Source of the DNA: Mobula hypostoma
Lineage: Eukaryota
Direction of reading: 5' to 3'
Length of the DNA: 64,000 nucleotides
Assembly (NCBI RefSeq): GCF_963921235.1
Contig: NC_086097.1
Span: 83,020,001 to 83,084,000 of the forward strand
Every line of letters starts with the position of its first letter. The stretch's first letter is position 1. Made by a program: the position numbers and the translations under genes. The notes below the pieces were generated by a model, which saw nothing but the letters and a program-made list of their open reading frames with translations, had not been told where the DNA came from and ran no database searches. Of this stretch, positions 51,755 through 63,565 are shown piece after piece.

Positions 51755-51790
51755 AGTCGACGTTTCAGGCCGAGACCCTTCGTCAGGACT
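51755..51790 (-). ncRNA. Minimal type I hammerhead ribozyme motif, intact core
   Basis: AGUC CUGACGA AGG GUCUCGG CCU GAAAC GUC GACU: stem I AGUC/GACU, stem II AGG/CCU, palindromic ACGU in place of stem III, GUC triplet. Confidence 0.82.
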
Positions 51791-52082
51791 AACTGAAGGA
51801 AGAGTGAGTAAGGGATTTGAAAGTTGGAGGGGGAGGGGGAGATCCAAAATGATAGGAGAAGACAGGAGGGGGAGGGATAGAGCCAAGAGCTGGACAGGTG
51901 ATAGGCAAAAGGGATACGAGAGGATCACGGGACAGGAGGTCCGGGAAGAAAGACAAGGCGGGGGGACCCAGAGGATGGGCAAGAGGTATATTCAGAGGGA
52001 CAGAGGGAGAAAAAGGAGAGTGAGAGAAAGAATGTGTGCATAAAAATAAGTAACAGATGGGGTACGAGGGGGAGGTGGGGCC

Positions 52083-52510
52083 TTAGCGGAAGTTAGAGAA
52101 GTCGATGTTCATGCCATCAGGTTGGAGGCTACCCAGACGGAATATAAGGTGTTGCTCCTCCAACCTGAGTGTGGCTTCATCTTTACAGTAGAGGAGGCCG
52201 TGGATAGACATGTCAGAATGGGAATGGGATGTGGAATTAAAATGTGTGGCCACTGGGAGATCCTGCTTTCTCTGGCGGACAGAACGTAGATGTTCAGCAA
52301 AGCGGTCTCCCAGTCTGCGTCGGGTCTCGCCAATATATAAAAGGCCACATCGGGAGCACCGGACGCAGTATATCACCCCAGTCGACTCACAGGTGAAGTG
52401 TTGCCTCACCTGGAAGGACTGTTTGGGGCCCTGAATGGTGGTAAGGGAGGAAGTGTAAGGGCATGTGTAGCACTTGTTCCGCTTACACGGATAAGTGCCA
52501 GGAGGGAGAT
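52083..52510 (-). pseudogene. Penelope GIY-YIG endonuclease domain (C-terminal part of ORF 52083-52856)
   Basis: CKRNKCYTC, VIY..YIG, RRLGDRFAEH, RLEEQHLI, PDGMN. Confidence 0.9.
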
Positions 52511-55500
52511 CAGTGGGGAGGGATGGGGGGGGACGAATGGACAAGGGAGTTGCGTAGGGAGCGATCCCTGCAGAATGCAGAGAGAGGGGTGGAGGGAAAG
52601 ATGTGCTTAGTGGTGGGATCCCGTTGGAGGTGGCGGAAGTTACGGAGAATAATATGTTGGACCCGGAGGCTGGTGGGGTGGTAGGTGAGGACCAGGGGAA
52701 CCCTATTCCTAGTGGGGTGGTAGGAGGATGGACTGAGAGCAGGTGTACATGAAATGGGGGAGATGCGTTTAAGAGCAGAGTTGATAGTGGAGGAAGGGAA
52801 GCCCCTTTCTTTAAAAAAGGAAAACATCTCCCTCGTCCTAGAGTGAAAAGCCTCATCCTGAGAGCAGATGCGGCGGAGACGGAGGAATTGCGAGAAGGGG
52901 ATGGCGTTTTTGCAAGAGACAGGGTGAGAAGAGGAATAGTTCAGATAGCTGTGAGAGTCAGTAGGCTTATAGTAGACATCAGTGGATAAGCTGTCTCCAG
53001 AGACAGAGACAGAAAGATCTAGAAAGGGGAGGGAGGTGTCGGAAATGGACCAGGTAAACTTAAGGGCAGGGTGAAAGTTGGAGGCAAAGTTAATACAGTC
53101 AATGAGTTCTGCATGCATGCAGGAAGCAGCGCCAATGCAGTCGTCGATGTAGCGAAGGAAAAGTGGGGGACAGATACCAGAATAGGCACGGAACATAGAT
53201 TGTTCCACAAACCCAACAAAAAGGCAGGCATAGCTAGGACCCATATGGGTGCCCATAGCTACACTTTTTAGGTTACCTTTTTTCTGCTTGGCCTCATGGA
53301 TCAAATGGCTGATGATTGAGATGTGCTCCAGACACCCTGAAAAGCCTGGAATGCCGCCTTTCTGGATGAATGTGTTGATATAGCGGTTCTGTGTCATATA
53401 AGAAGTCAGCCTTCTTGCGAGCACAGAAAAGAAAATCTTACATTCCACATCCAGGAGAGAAATTGTCATAAACTGGGCAATTGTGGAAGAATCCTCTTCC
53501 TTTGGAATAAAGCATCCCTCTACCAATTTCCAACTTGATGGAATAGTACCTTTGGCCCAGATCTTCTCATGACCTTCCACAGCCTTCGAAGAAGTTATTG
53601 GCATTTCTTATACACCTTATAAGGTATGCCGCTTGGGCCTGGGGCAGCTGATGCTTTAGCTTTCCGGATGACGTCCTGGATTTCCTGCCATGTAGGCTCT
53701 TTCACATTCAGCTCAATTGATGGTTTTTCCAGTCTACGCACAGCCCGATTAGTTCCTAGTCCCTGACCCCTCCGTGGGTCGCTGTGTGCCTCCCGCAGGA
53801 ACTCCTCTACCTCTGGCTTCGAGCTGGATAGTATAACAGATCTTTGTTGGCCGAGAAGAGTCCTGGTGAAGCTGAATGGATCTCTCACAAACTGCGCTCG
53901 CCTTTTCTCTTTCTTTCTTCTTTGCTATCACAGATGTTCCGCCCTCCGGAGTTTGCACAGCTTTTCCCACAGCATACGGTTAAATCCTTGATACCTTCTT
54001 TTTCAGCCAGTGAGCTGGTTTTAAACCTCTTGCTGAGCGCCTTTAATTCGACTCTCAAGCGACGAACCTCTCTTTCCCTCCTATTTGGTTGCCGCGATAA
54101 CTCCAGCTGGCTTCTCCGCTCCATTGGGCCAAATCGTTCCTTAGCTAGATTGTACGCTATGACTGTGAGTGAGTCGATCTTTCTGTGTACTGGACTTGCT
54201 AAGGCAACTTCCAGGATGCCGTCTAGATCAGCATCGAACTGCATCCAGGAGACTCAAGTGCGGAGAGATCTTCAGCTCTGTGGGGTGCTTCCTGGCTGGA
54301 ATTCTCCTTCGTCTCACCGGAAACCAAGTCCGTGCACTGCACTTGGGTCACCATTGATCCACATCTAGACCTGTTCTGGTGTATCATGAGCCCTCTGAGC
54401 ATATTATTCACTAACAAATAGTTTCAAGTATAAAATTGTTTTTTTTCCTCTGTCATCGTTTACTTAATTATCAAAAGGCAAAAATGGGCATGAATTTTCA
54501 ATCCAAGAAAAGTGATTTCTTGAGCTGGAACTATCAAAGTGGGATCAATTTATCTGCCACTCGCACACCAGAGATTATATCAGTTTTCCATGTGAATGAT
54601 CCATCTTTGCACAAATGCTGATGGATGCAATATTTCACTGCTGTTGCTGTGTCATATTACAATATATAAAATAGCTTAAAATGACAGTGTGGAATTTAAA
54701 TGAGGAGGGATGAGGCAGGATGCAGCATAACTGTAAGTGCCCATTGCTACCTTTGTCATTATTGATGAGTTTTTCAAGGTGGCAGGGTCCAGTTAGATCA
54801 AAAATGGTCTTGTTTGCTTCAACGTCGAAAGTTTGATATGTTTATGGCGTCAATGTGACTTCATCAAAGCCGTCATAAATTGGCCCCTCTGCCTCTCTGG
54901 GCAATTCCCTGCTTTACAAACTCCCAACTTGGAGTCAGATGACATCTGAATGTTTGCAGAAGGTGCAGGATTGATGGCATATGCACATCTAGTCCATTGT
55001 ACATTGTGCTCATTTGAAAATAGTTCAGCAAAGGTCCTGCATGAAAGTGACACAAGTCCTCGCTCTAAGCTGTTTCATTTTCAAATAGGCAAGAGCTGGC
55101 TGTCAACCATATGTTGGCAGGGAATCTATAGGCACTGGTATGTCAGTCAATAAACTGAAGGCAGGGCAGAATTTGCAACCAAATATAGTACAAACTATAT
55201 ACTTTACAGCAAATATTTATTCACTTGTACATGTACAAATAAAGTGCCACAACAGACAGTCTACAGAATGTGTTTATAGAAAGTCCACTAACTACTGCGT
55301 ACAGAACTCCTGACTGAGAGTGCAAGAGTTGTATTTGTAAAAGGGAAATGAATTCTCCTAAAAAATGTGATTAGTTAAACAGAGTATTTAAAAATTCAAT
55401 TGCAGTCACTTACAACAATAAACTGTAGGTGCAAATGACTGGGGAATGGTGCAAACACTACCCTGGCAGGGGAATGCTCTCTCGCTGGACACACATGTGA

Positions 55501-55529
55501 TCTGGAGTGTATTGATTTGTTACTGGCTC

Positions 55530-57695
55530 ATTGTTCATTATTGTTACATGTACTGAGCTGTTCTATGTGCTGCCCATTTTATTGCAAAAGGTCACTGAGG
55601 TAATTCGAGGTAAAAACAATAACACAATGCAGAATAAAATGTTACTGTTTCAGAGAAAGTGCAGTGCAGGGAGACAATAAGGTGCAATTCCATCTTATCA
55701 TACTAGGGGACCATTCAATAGTCTTGTAACAGTGGTATTGAAGCTGTCCTTGAGCCTTGTAGTACATGCTTTCAGGCTTTTGCATCTTCTACCTGATGGG
55801 AAGGATGGGAAAAAGAGAGGATGTTCAGAGTGGGTGGGGTCTTTGATTATGTTGGCTCTCTTACCAAGGCAGCAAGAGATGTAGATAGAGTCCATGGAAG
55901 ACAGACTAGTTTCCAAGATGTGCTGGCCTGTGTCCACAACTCACCTCAGTTTCTTGTGCACATGGCAGGGGCTATTGCCATTATCAGCTGTGATGCATTC
56001 AGATAGGATGCTTTCAATGGTGCATCGTTAAGAATTGAAGAGGGTCAAAGAGGACATGCCAAATTTCTTCAGCCTTCTGAGGAAGTAGAAGCACTGTGAG
56101 CTTTCTTGACTATTGACTAAACATGTTTGGTATAGAGCAGGCTCTTGCTGATGTTCATTCCAAGGAACTTGAAGCTCAAAACACTCTGAACCTCAGCACT
56201 GCAAACAGGACCACGTGTACCCCCTCTCCACTTCCTGAATTCAATGACCAGGTGCTTTGTTTTGCTTACATTCAGGGAAAGGTTGTGTTCAAGGCAACAA
56301 CACTCCTTCCAGCCCTCCCATTCAACTCTATTTGAGATATGGCCCACTATGGGAGCATCATCTGCAAAGTTGGAGGTAGAGTTAGAGCCAAATCCAGCCG
56401 CACAGTCAGAAGTGTACAGGGAACAGTACTGTAATTGCTCAATGGGACACTAGTGTTGAGAATAATCATGCCAGAGGTGTTGCTGCTAATCCTACCGATT
56501 GTGGCATATTGATCAGAAAGTCATTTATCCCAGTTAGAAACACAGAAACGTAGAAAACATACAGCACAATACAGGCCCTTCGGCCCACAAAGCTGTGCTG
56601 AACATGTCCCTACCTTAGAACTACCTAGGCTTTACCCATAGCCCTCTATTTTTCTAAGCTCCATGTAGCCATCCAGGAGTCTCTTAAAAGACCCTATCAT
56701 TTCCGTCTCCACCACTGCCGTCGGCAGCCCATTCCATGCACTCACCACTCTCTGTGTAAAAAACTTATCCCTGATGTCCCCTCTGTACCTGCTTCCAAGC
56801 CCTCTCATGCTAGCCATTTCAGCCCTGGGGAAAAGCCTCTGACTATCCACATGATCAATGCCTCTCATTATCTTGTACACCTCTATCAGGTCACTTCTCA
56901 TCCTCCGTCGCTCCAAGGAGAAAAGGCCGAGTTCACTCAACCTATTCTCATAAGGCATGCTCCCCAATCCAGACAACATCCTTGTAAATCTCCTCTGCAC
57001 CCTTTCTATGGTTTCCTCATCCTTCCTGTAGTGAGGTGACCAGAATTGAGCACAGTACTCCAAGTGGGGTCCGACCAGCGTCCTATATAGCTGCAACATT
57101 ACCTCTCAGCTCTCAGGCTCGAAGTTGCAAAGGGAGGCATTGAGTCCCATGTCTAGCAGTTTGGAGATGTGTTTGTTTGGAATTATATATTGAAGGCAGA
57201 GCTGTAGTCAATAATCAAAAATCTAACAAAGGTTTCTTTACTGTCCAGAGGCAAGCATAGGGCTAGGGAAGTAGTGTCTGCTGTAGACCTGTTTCAGCAG
57301 CAGACAAATTGCAGTGGGTTGAGGTTGTGCGGGAGGCTGGTGTTAATGCATACTATGACCAGCCTCCCAAAGAACTTCATGATGGTAGATGTCAGAGCTA
57401 CCAGTGGTAGTCGTTAAGGCATGTTAGATACCGGAATGATAATGGTTTTCATAAAGCAGGTGGAACCCTCATATTGTAACAGGAAAATTAAGAATGCCTG
57501 GAAACTTCTCCACCAGCTGATCTGTGCAGGAGTTAAGTTTGCAGCCAGAGACACTGTCTGCGCCAGATTCTTTCCTGGGTTTACTCTCCAGACGACTAGT
57601 TTTACGCCTGCAATGGTAACTGTCGGTTCAGGTACACTGGAAGCTGTGGGGGTGGGTGGTGACATTTCAGTCGTCTTCTGTTCAGAGCATGTATA
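55530..57695 (-). mobile_element. Decayed Rex1/Babar fragment split by a CR1 insertion
   Basis: ORF remnants 55698-55937, 56117-56347 (NLSLNVSKTK) and 57414-57665 are colinear with 3691-5300. Confidence 0.8.
56535..57113 (-). mobile_element. 5'-truncated CR1
   Basis: ORF 56632-57099 (LYRTLVGPHLEYCAQFWSP...FFTQRVVSAWNGLP); tagaaac-type tail. Confidence 0.9.
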
Positions 57696-58459
57696 AGCTC
57701 GCAGTGAGGGGATGCATTGTCATTGGTGATGCTGAGGTTAAACTGTTTATTTATCTCAGCAATTTGATAATTATAGGCACATTGAAAGGTATACGTACAC
57801 TTGGGGAATGAGTTAAGTATGATCCTGAGGATTTTCTCACAAGACTTGACAAGGATTACCTGTTCAGAAAATGGGTATGAAATCAGTTCTGGATTCAGTG
57901 GTTGGCAAGATCCCCATGCCTACTCAATGTCATCCATCTTGTATTGCAAGACAATATTCCTACACATATGCTGCTTTAGGTGTCATTCTATTCCCTTCAC
58001 ACAGTGGGAGGCTCAGTTAAACCAGGAGAAGATGATCCTACATTAATGATGCCTTAGTGGTTTGATCCCATGTTATTGATGAGAAAGGATAATTCACAAG
58101 TGGATGTCTACCAGTCATTCTCTTTCATTCTTGTTCGCTATCATTTCTTGTCACACAGAAAAGACTATAAGTGTTTATAAACCAATTTGCAAAAGATTGA
58201 GCATCTGTTTAAAAATAAAATTTATCCTTTAAAATTTTTGTTTTCATGATCAAATAAGATAGGATGACAGTGGAGCACAGAGTAACAAAAGATTCTAGTT
58301 TGCTGTGACTCTAAATTATTTTTATACTTTATGTAAAGAAATCAAGTAATGGTCTAAATCTCTACTTTTCTCTACTTTTACAGTCCTTTTGATAAACTGA
58401 ATTTTCATCTGCTTCAAAAAATGAATTGACTTCAATGTATTTGAGAGAATTCAAGAGAG

Positions 58460-59560
58460 TGGGACATGGTTGCATAGTGGCTGTTACTGGTCTAGCAATT
58501 TGGAAGCACAGAAAAATGATCTGAGCACTGAAGATCAAGCCCCAGTTGGGGAATTTAAGCTCAGTTAATAAAATGATTTGTAATGTTATTATAAAGAGGT
58601 ATCATTGATGGAAGATCACTAGGTGACAGTGCTTTAAAAGCCCAACAATTTCATTAACACCCTCAGGGAAGGATGTCTTACCTGGACTTGCTGAAATATG
58701 CTCCAAAAACACGGTGATGTAATTGACTCCAATATGACTTGTCCAATTCCATTAAGCAGCTACATGTAAACACAGTAAGAATAAAAAAGCCCAGACCACC
58801 CATTTAGTATTAACTGGGCACCAGATTTGGCCAAGTCAAAAGAAAAATGTTCTATTGAATTAGCTTTGTAACACCTCTGATGTCTAAATCGGGAGAGCCA
58901 TTAAATTGAGAAAGCTGTCCCATAGCATGGTCAGGAAACTGCCTAATATAGTCTTACAACAAAGCCAATACAAACATCCCAGCTGTAATACTAAGTACTG
59001 AAATAGCCATAGCTCTGGGTGAGCTGTTCCAGTAGAGCAGAATACTGGCATCTACTTGACAATGTGTCCTGTCCACAACAATCAGGAGAAATCCACTTTG
59101 CATAATTGCCCTTCCAGCAGTGGGTTAGCAATTATAAACAATAATCACTAGCAGTGCTAACAAGTGGCACTCACGCAGTTCTAACTTAAACAACCGATGC
59201 TCAGTTTATGTTTCACCAGAATCAATATAGATTCAGGTGACATTAAGTCTTGATCCAAATATGAAGAAAGGCGATGAATTCCAACAAAGTGAAAGTGAGT
59301 GCCCTTGACACTGAGGAAGTAATGATCAAGATTGGCATCAAGGAACTTGAGTAAAATTGGAATCAATGGGCAATTAGGAGAAAGCATCCCAATTGCCAGG
59401 GTAATTCCTTGCACGAAAGAAGATGCCTAAGGCTGTTAGAGGTCAATAATTCCAGCACAAGGCATCACCACAAGAACTCCTCAGGTCCATGTCCTCAGTC
59501 CAACCAATGATCTTCTTTTCATCATGGAGGAATTTACTAATGAATACACAATGTTCCATT
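58460..59560 (+). mobile_element. Ancient SINE-like head and CR1-like RT relic
   Basis: Weak remnants (gcatagtggctgttactggtctag; gtgtcctgtccacaacaatcaggagaaatcc; gcccttgacactgagg). Confidence 0.35.
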
Positions 59561-60547
59561 TTGTTCCCTTTAATGGTACTCCTTTCAACAGAGTGAAGTT
59601 AAAATCTTCATACTTCCAATTATTCCATATCTCAGTCACCCTCTGACATTTCCTCCCAACACTACATCCATTTACAACCAACCCCAAACCCCCATGTTCC
59701 AGTTCCCTGACTTTGTTCTTCCTCTGCATTCTCTTCAGCACTCTCTTCAAGTGGCAAAGTCTGCAAATCCCTCAACATTTCTCAAAGTTCAAAGTAAATT
59801 TATTATCTTTTTATATTACCTTGAGATTCATTATCTTGCGGGCATTTACAGGAAAAAATGTAGCACAATAGAATTTTCTGAAAAATTACATATAAACAAA
59901 GACTAACAAAGAACCAATGTGCAAAAGAAGACAAACCGTGCAAATACAAATAATCCTGAGAACAGGAGTTGTAGAGTCTTTGAAAGCAAGTCTGTCAGTC
60001 TCACTGGAATACCCTCCTTGTGTCGTTCTAACTCCTCAGACTTAAAAAACACATGACTATATCCAACAGTTCTGTCACCACTCTTTCTAAGTCTTTCACT
60101 ATGACTTACTGTCTATGTAATTTTAAGGTACGCCCTTTATAACACATTTTGTTTGTTTAAACATAATGTAATTGATAGTTGCTGTTTAACTTGAAGCAAA
60201 GCCCTGGTGTATTTGGTTTGTCTGTGGTTAAGATTTGTTGATCAAAGCTGGAGGAAGTGAAGTCAAATATTGTTGGCTGCTTCTCTGGAAAGAAAGGTAA
60301 ATGGGAGGAAGAAACAGGACAAGGTTCAGCCAAGTCATCTAATATTGGTGAAGAATATATTTTAAAAACCACATGCAATAGGACAGTAAACACCAAAGCA
60401 AAGGGCACATTCCTTCTGAGGTGAAATACTAAAACAGCAGCAGAAGCATGTCAAGAATCCAGCATTAGAGTCTGCCGCAGGAATATGTACCGGAGTAGCT
60501 GGTATGCCTGAAGAGGAGAGCTAATTAGAATCATGGAGTCACAGAGT

Positions 60548-60975
60548 CAGAGGAAAGCAGCATCCATCATTAAGGAATCTCGTCATCTAAGCCATGCTCT
60601 CTCCTCACTGCTGCCAACAGGGAAGAGGTACAAGAGCCTCAGGTCCCACACAACCAGATTCAGGAACAGTTATTACCCCTCAATCATCAAGCTCCTGAAC
60701 CAGAGTGGATAACTTCACACACCCCAACAGTGAGCTGATTCCACAACCTAAGGACTCATGTTCTCAATATTATTTATTACTTAATTAACTTTTATAATTA
60801 TTTTGTTTTTCTCTTCATATTTGCACATTATTATCTTTTGAACATTAGTTGTCTGTCTGTCTTTTGTGTAGTTTTTCAATGATTCTATTGTGTTCTTTTG
60901 TATTTATTGTGAATGCTCACAAGAAAATGAACCTGAGGGTAGTATATGGTGCCATACGTGTACTTTAAAAATAAA
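60548..60975 (+). mobile_element. Rex1/Babar 3' end
   Basis: Close similarity to 8250-8670 (ggaaagcagcatcc...gaaaatgaacctgagggtagta). Confidence 0.85.
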
Positions 60976-61169
60976 TTTACAGCCCCCACCCGCCCCCCCC
61001 AGCCTCTTATACTCCTGGGAAGATATCCCAGTTTATCCAGCTTCTCCTTATAATCCAAGCCCTTCAGTCCAATAACATCCTCATAAGTGATTTGCGCACC
61101 CTCTCTATTAATGAAGTGCTTTGTATAGCAAATTGACCAGAACTGCACACTAAACTCCAAAAGCTAATT

Positions 61170-62568
61170 AACATAGAACAAAGAACAGTGCAGTACAGGA
61201 ACAGGCCATTGGCCCCACAATGTTGTGCTGAAACAACTAAAAAGCAAATCAAAAACACCCAAACACTAATCCCTCCTGCCTACACTATGTCCATATCTCT
61301 CCATCTTCCTTATCTCCATGTGCCTATCCAAACACCTCTTAAAAGTCTCTAATGCATTTGCCTCTACCATCATAGTAGGCAGTGCAGTGCATTCCAGGCA
61401 TCCACGACTCTCTGAGTAAAAAACTTACCCTTCACGTTCCCCTTGAACCTACCCCCCTCACTTTCAATGCATCCCCTCTGCTATTAGACATTTCAATTCT
61501 GGGAAACAGATATTCTCTCTCCACTCAAGCTATGCCAGTCATAATCTTGTAAACCTCTATCAGATCTCCCCTCAGCCTCCGAAGCTCCAGAGAAAACAAG
61601 CCAAGCTTACCCAGCCTCTCATGATGGCACATGCCCTCTAAACCAGGCAGCATCCTGATAAACCTTTTCTGCACCCTCTCCAAAGCCTCAATATCCTTCC
61701 TATAGTGGCATGACCAATACTCCAGATGAGGCCTAACCCAGACATCCCACCCTGAAAAAACTCATTTCAGGGAGGTAGCACCATCAATTTGCGAGAGACT
61801 CCCAGAACTTCCGGGAGAGGTGGGATGTCTGCAATAGAGTAGCTCCTTAGCAGCTAGCCAGCTAGTTTAAATAACGTCCGCTATGCTAATAAATGAATGA
61901 CACCTGTTAAACTCACCTCAACATGGCTTTAACAGTCTTAACCCACCATGGACAATAGAAAAGTCACTGTTACAAACAGTGCAGCGAGCAACACTGTCAT
62001 TATTTTTGACCCCTGTTAGGCAGGGGTACATTTTAGTGTAGTCTAGGGTGACGTACATTTTATATTTTCTTTTTTTGGAACAATCTGCTAAGGCGCTCTC
62101 TCTCTCTCTCTCTCCCCCCCCCCCCCAACGCGCTCGCTCTTGCTCTTATATTGTATATAATTTGTGGGCATCAGGAAGCTACTATCAATATGTGGGAGAC
62201 TCCTGGAACTTCCGGAAGAGTTGGGATGTCTGCTAATCAAAGTTTTATAAAGTTGTAACATAACCTCCTGCCTTTTGAACTCAATTCCTTGACCAATAAA
62301 AACAAGCATTTCATAAGCCTTCTTAACCACTTTATCGACCTGCGTAGCTACTTCAAGGAGCAATGAACTTGGATCCCAAGCTCTCTCTGCTCAGCAACAC
62401 TGCTAAGAATCTTTCCCTTAATGGAGTGCTCTCTCCTTGCATTTGCTCTAGCGTGGTGCAACACCTCACACTTATCTGGGTGAAATTCCATCTGCCATTT
62501 CTCTGCCCATATCTGCAATTGGTCTATATCGTGTTGTATTCTTTGCCAGTTTTCTACACTATCCACAA
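61170..62568 (-). mobile_element. CR1 3' fragment interrupted by a TIR element
   Basis: QLQIWAEKWQMEFHPDKCEVLH, QVDKVVKKAY, MLQLYKTLI; tail acatagaaca. Confidence 0.85.
61739..62232. mobile_element. Non-autonomous DNA transposon (MITE-like) with a duplicated right end
   Basis: TIRs cagacatccca / tgggatgtctg; internal second right end at ~61767-61831; flanks ctaacc (61733-61738) and ctaatc (62233-62238). Confidence 0.85.
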
Positions 62569-63565
62569 CAGTGAACAGAAAAAATTGCATTTGAGAAAGC
62601 TTCATCATCTGACAGTCCAACTGGATGTCACTGGAAGTATGCAGGAGAAAGGACAGGTTTGAGAGCTCTTGGGAAGTAAGCCAATTGAAAATGAGGATGC
62701 AGGCTAAGCCCATTAACTGGCCCTACTGCCCATTATGTCCAACCTGACCGTCAAGCACTCACTTGTAGTTATCCAACACTAATCCCATTATAACAGTTTG
62801 CTCTCCATATCGTAATGTCCTGACTTGCATATCATGTAGATATCTAGGATAAAATATCCATGGGTGATCCTGACCAACGGAGGGCCTCGATTCCATTTAT
62901 TCTTCCTCAATGTTCTACTACTCATTAACGCATCAGGCACAATTTACTCTTGCCATCTGACCTACCAGCCTGCACATTTTTGGAATGTAGGAGGAAGAGC
63001 ATGCAAACTCCACAAAAACAGCACAGGAAATCAGGACTAAACCTGAGTCGGTGGGCTTAGGAGAAACTATAGCAAAAGCATTAAATATTGCTGCAGATTA
63101 GTATTTGTTCAATGTTGACTGCGGGCCAGGAAGAGAGGGAGTACTTACCCCATTCCTTTAAATAAACTACTCCGTGAAATAAACCAATGTCCAGAGATCA
63201 CCACAACCCGCCTTCACTAGTTGACCATAATTACCAGACTGCTGGTGAATATCCAGCAGTTGCCAACCCTCTGTCATTGCTGAGTCCTCCTTGCATTCAT
63301 CCATGCACTGTGGACCCTGGCCCACAATCCCTTGCTAGACACCATTTCTATCCTGCACTTGAACAGACTCTCTCAACTCTCTTCTGTCTTCATTCACTAC
63401 CATAATCCTTAATCATTGCCTTGGTATTTCTCTCTAATCCTCTTTTTTCTACCCTAGTTGTTTCTTTGTCTCTCTCTTTATATATTTCCACTTGCCATTG
63501 ATTTCTTGTGAGAAACTATTCCTAAAAAGTTGATAGTTGTTTCAGTCCACCTTGAAGGTAATTGC

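Larger units (their letters stand above)
51683..53267 (-). mobile_element. 5'-truncated Penelope-like element nested in the Hero-like RT
   Basis: RT motifs AMGTHMGPSYA, YIDD, LPFLD; GIY-YIG VIYCVRCSRCGLLYIGET; terminal hammerhead; host KGNL|TVVWLD rejoins with a tta overlap. Confidence 0.92.
45440..54402 (-). mobile_element. Hero/R2-like non-LTR retrotransposon (RT plus restriction-like endonuclease), decayed, with two nested insertions
   Basis: In order on the minus strand: RGLMIHQ..C, APGPSGIPYKVYKKC, IQKGGIPGFSGCLEH, WLDLANAYGSIPH, GIPTGCTISP, MDDIT, CKLC..HILSGC, RHDKVL, RPDIVLWS..TVPWE, VEIGCRG; ends approximate. Confidence 0.85.
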
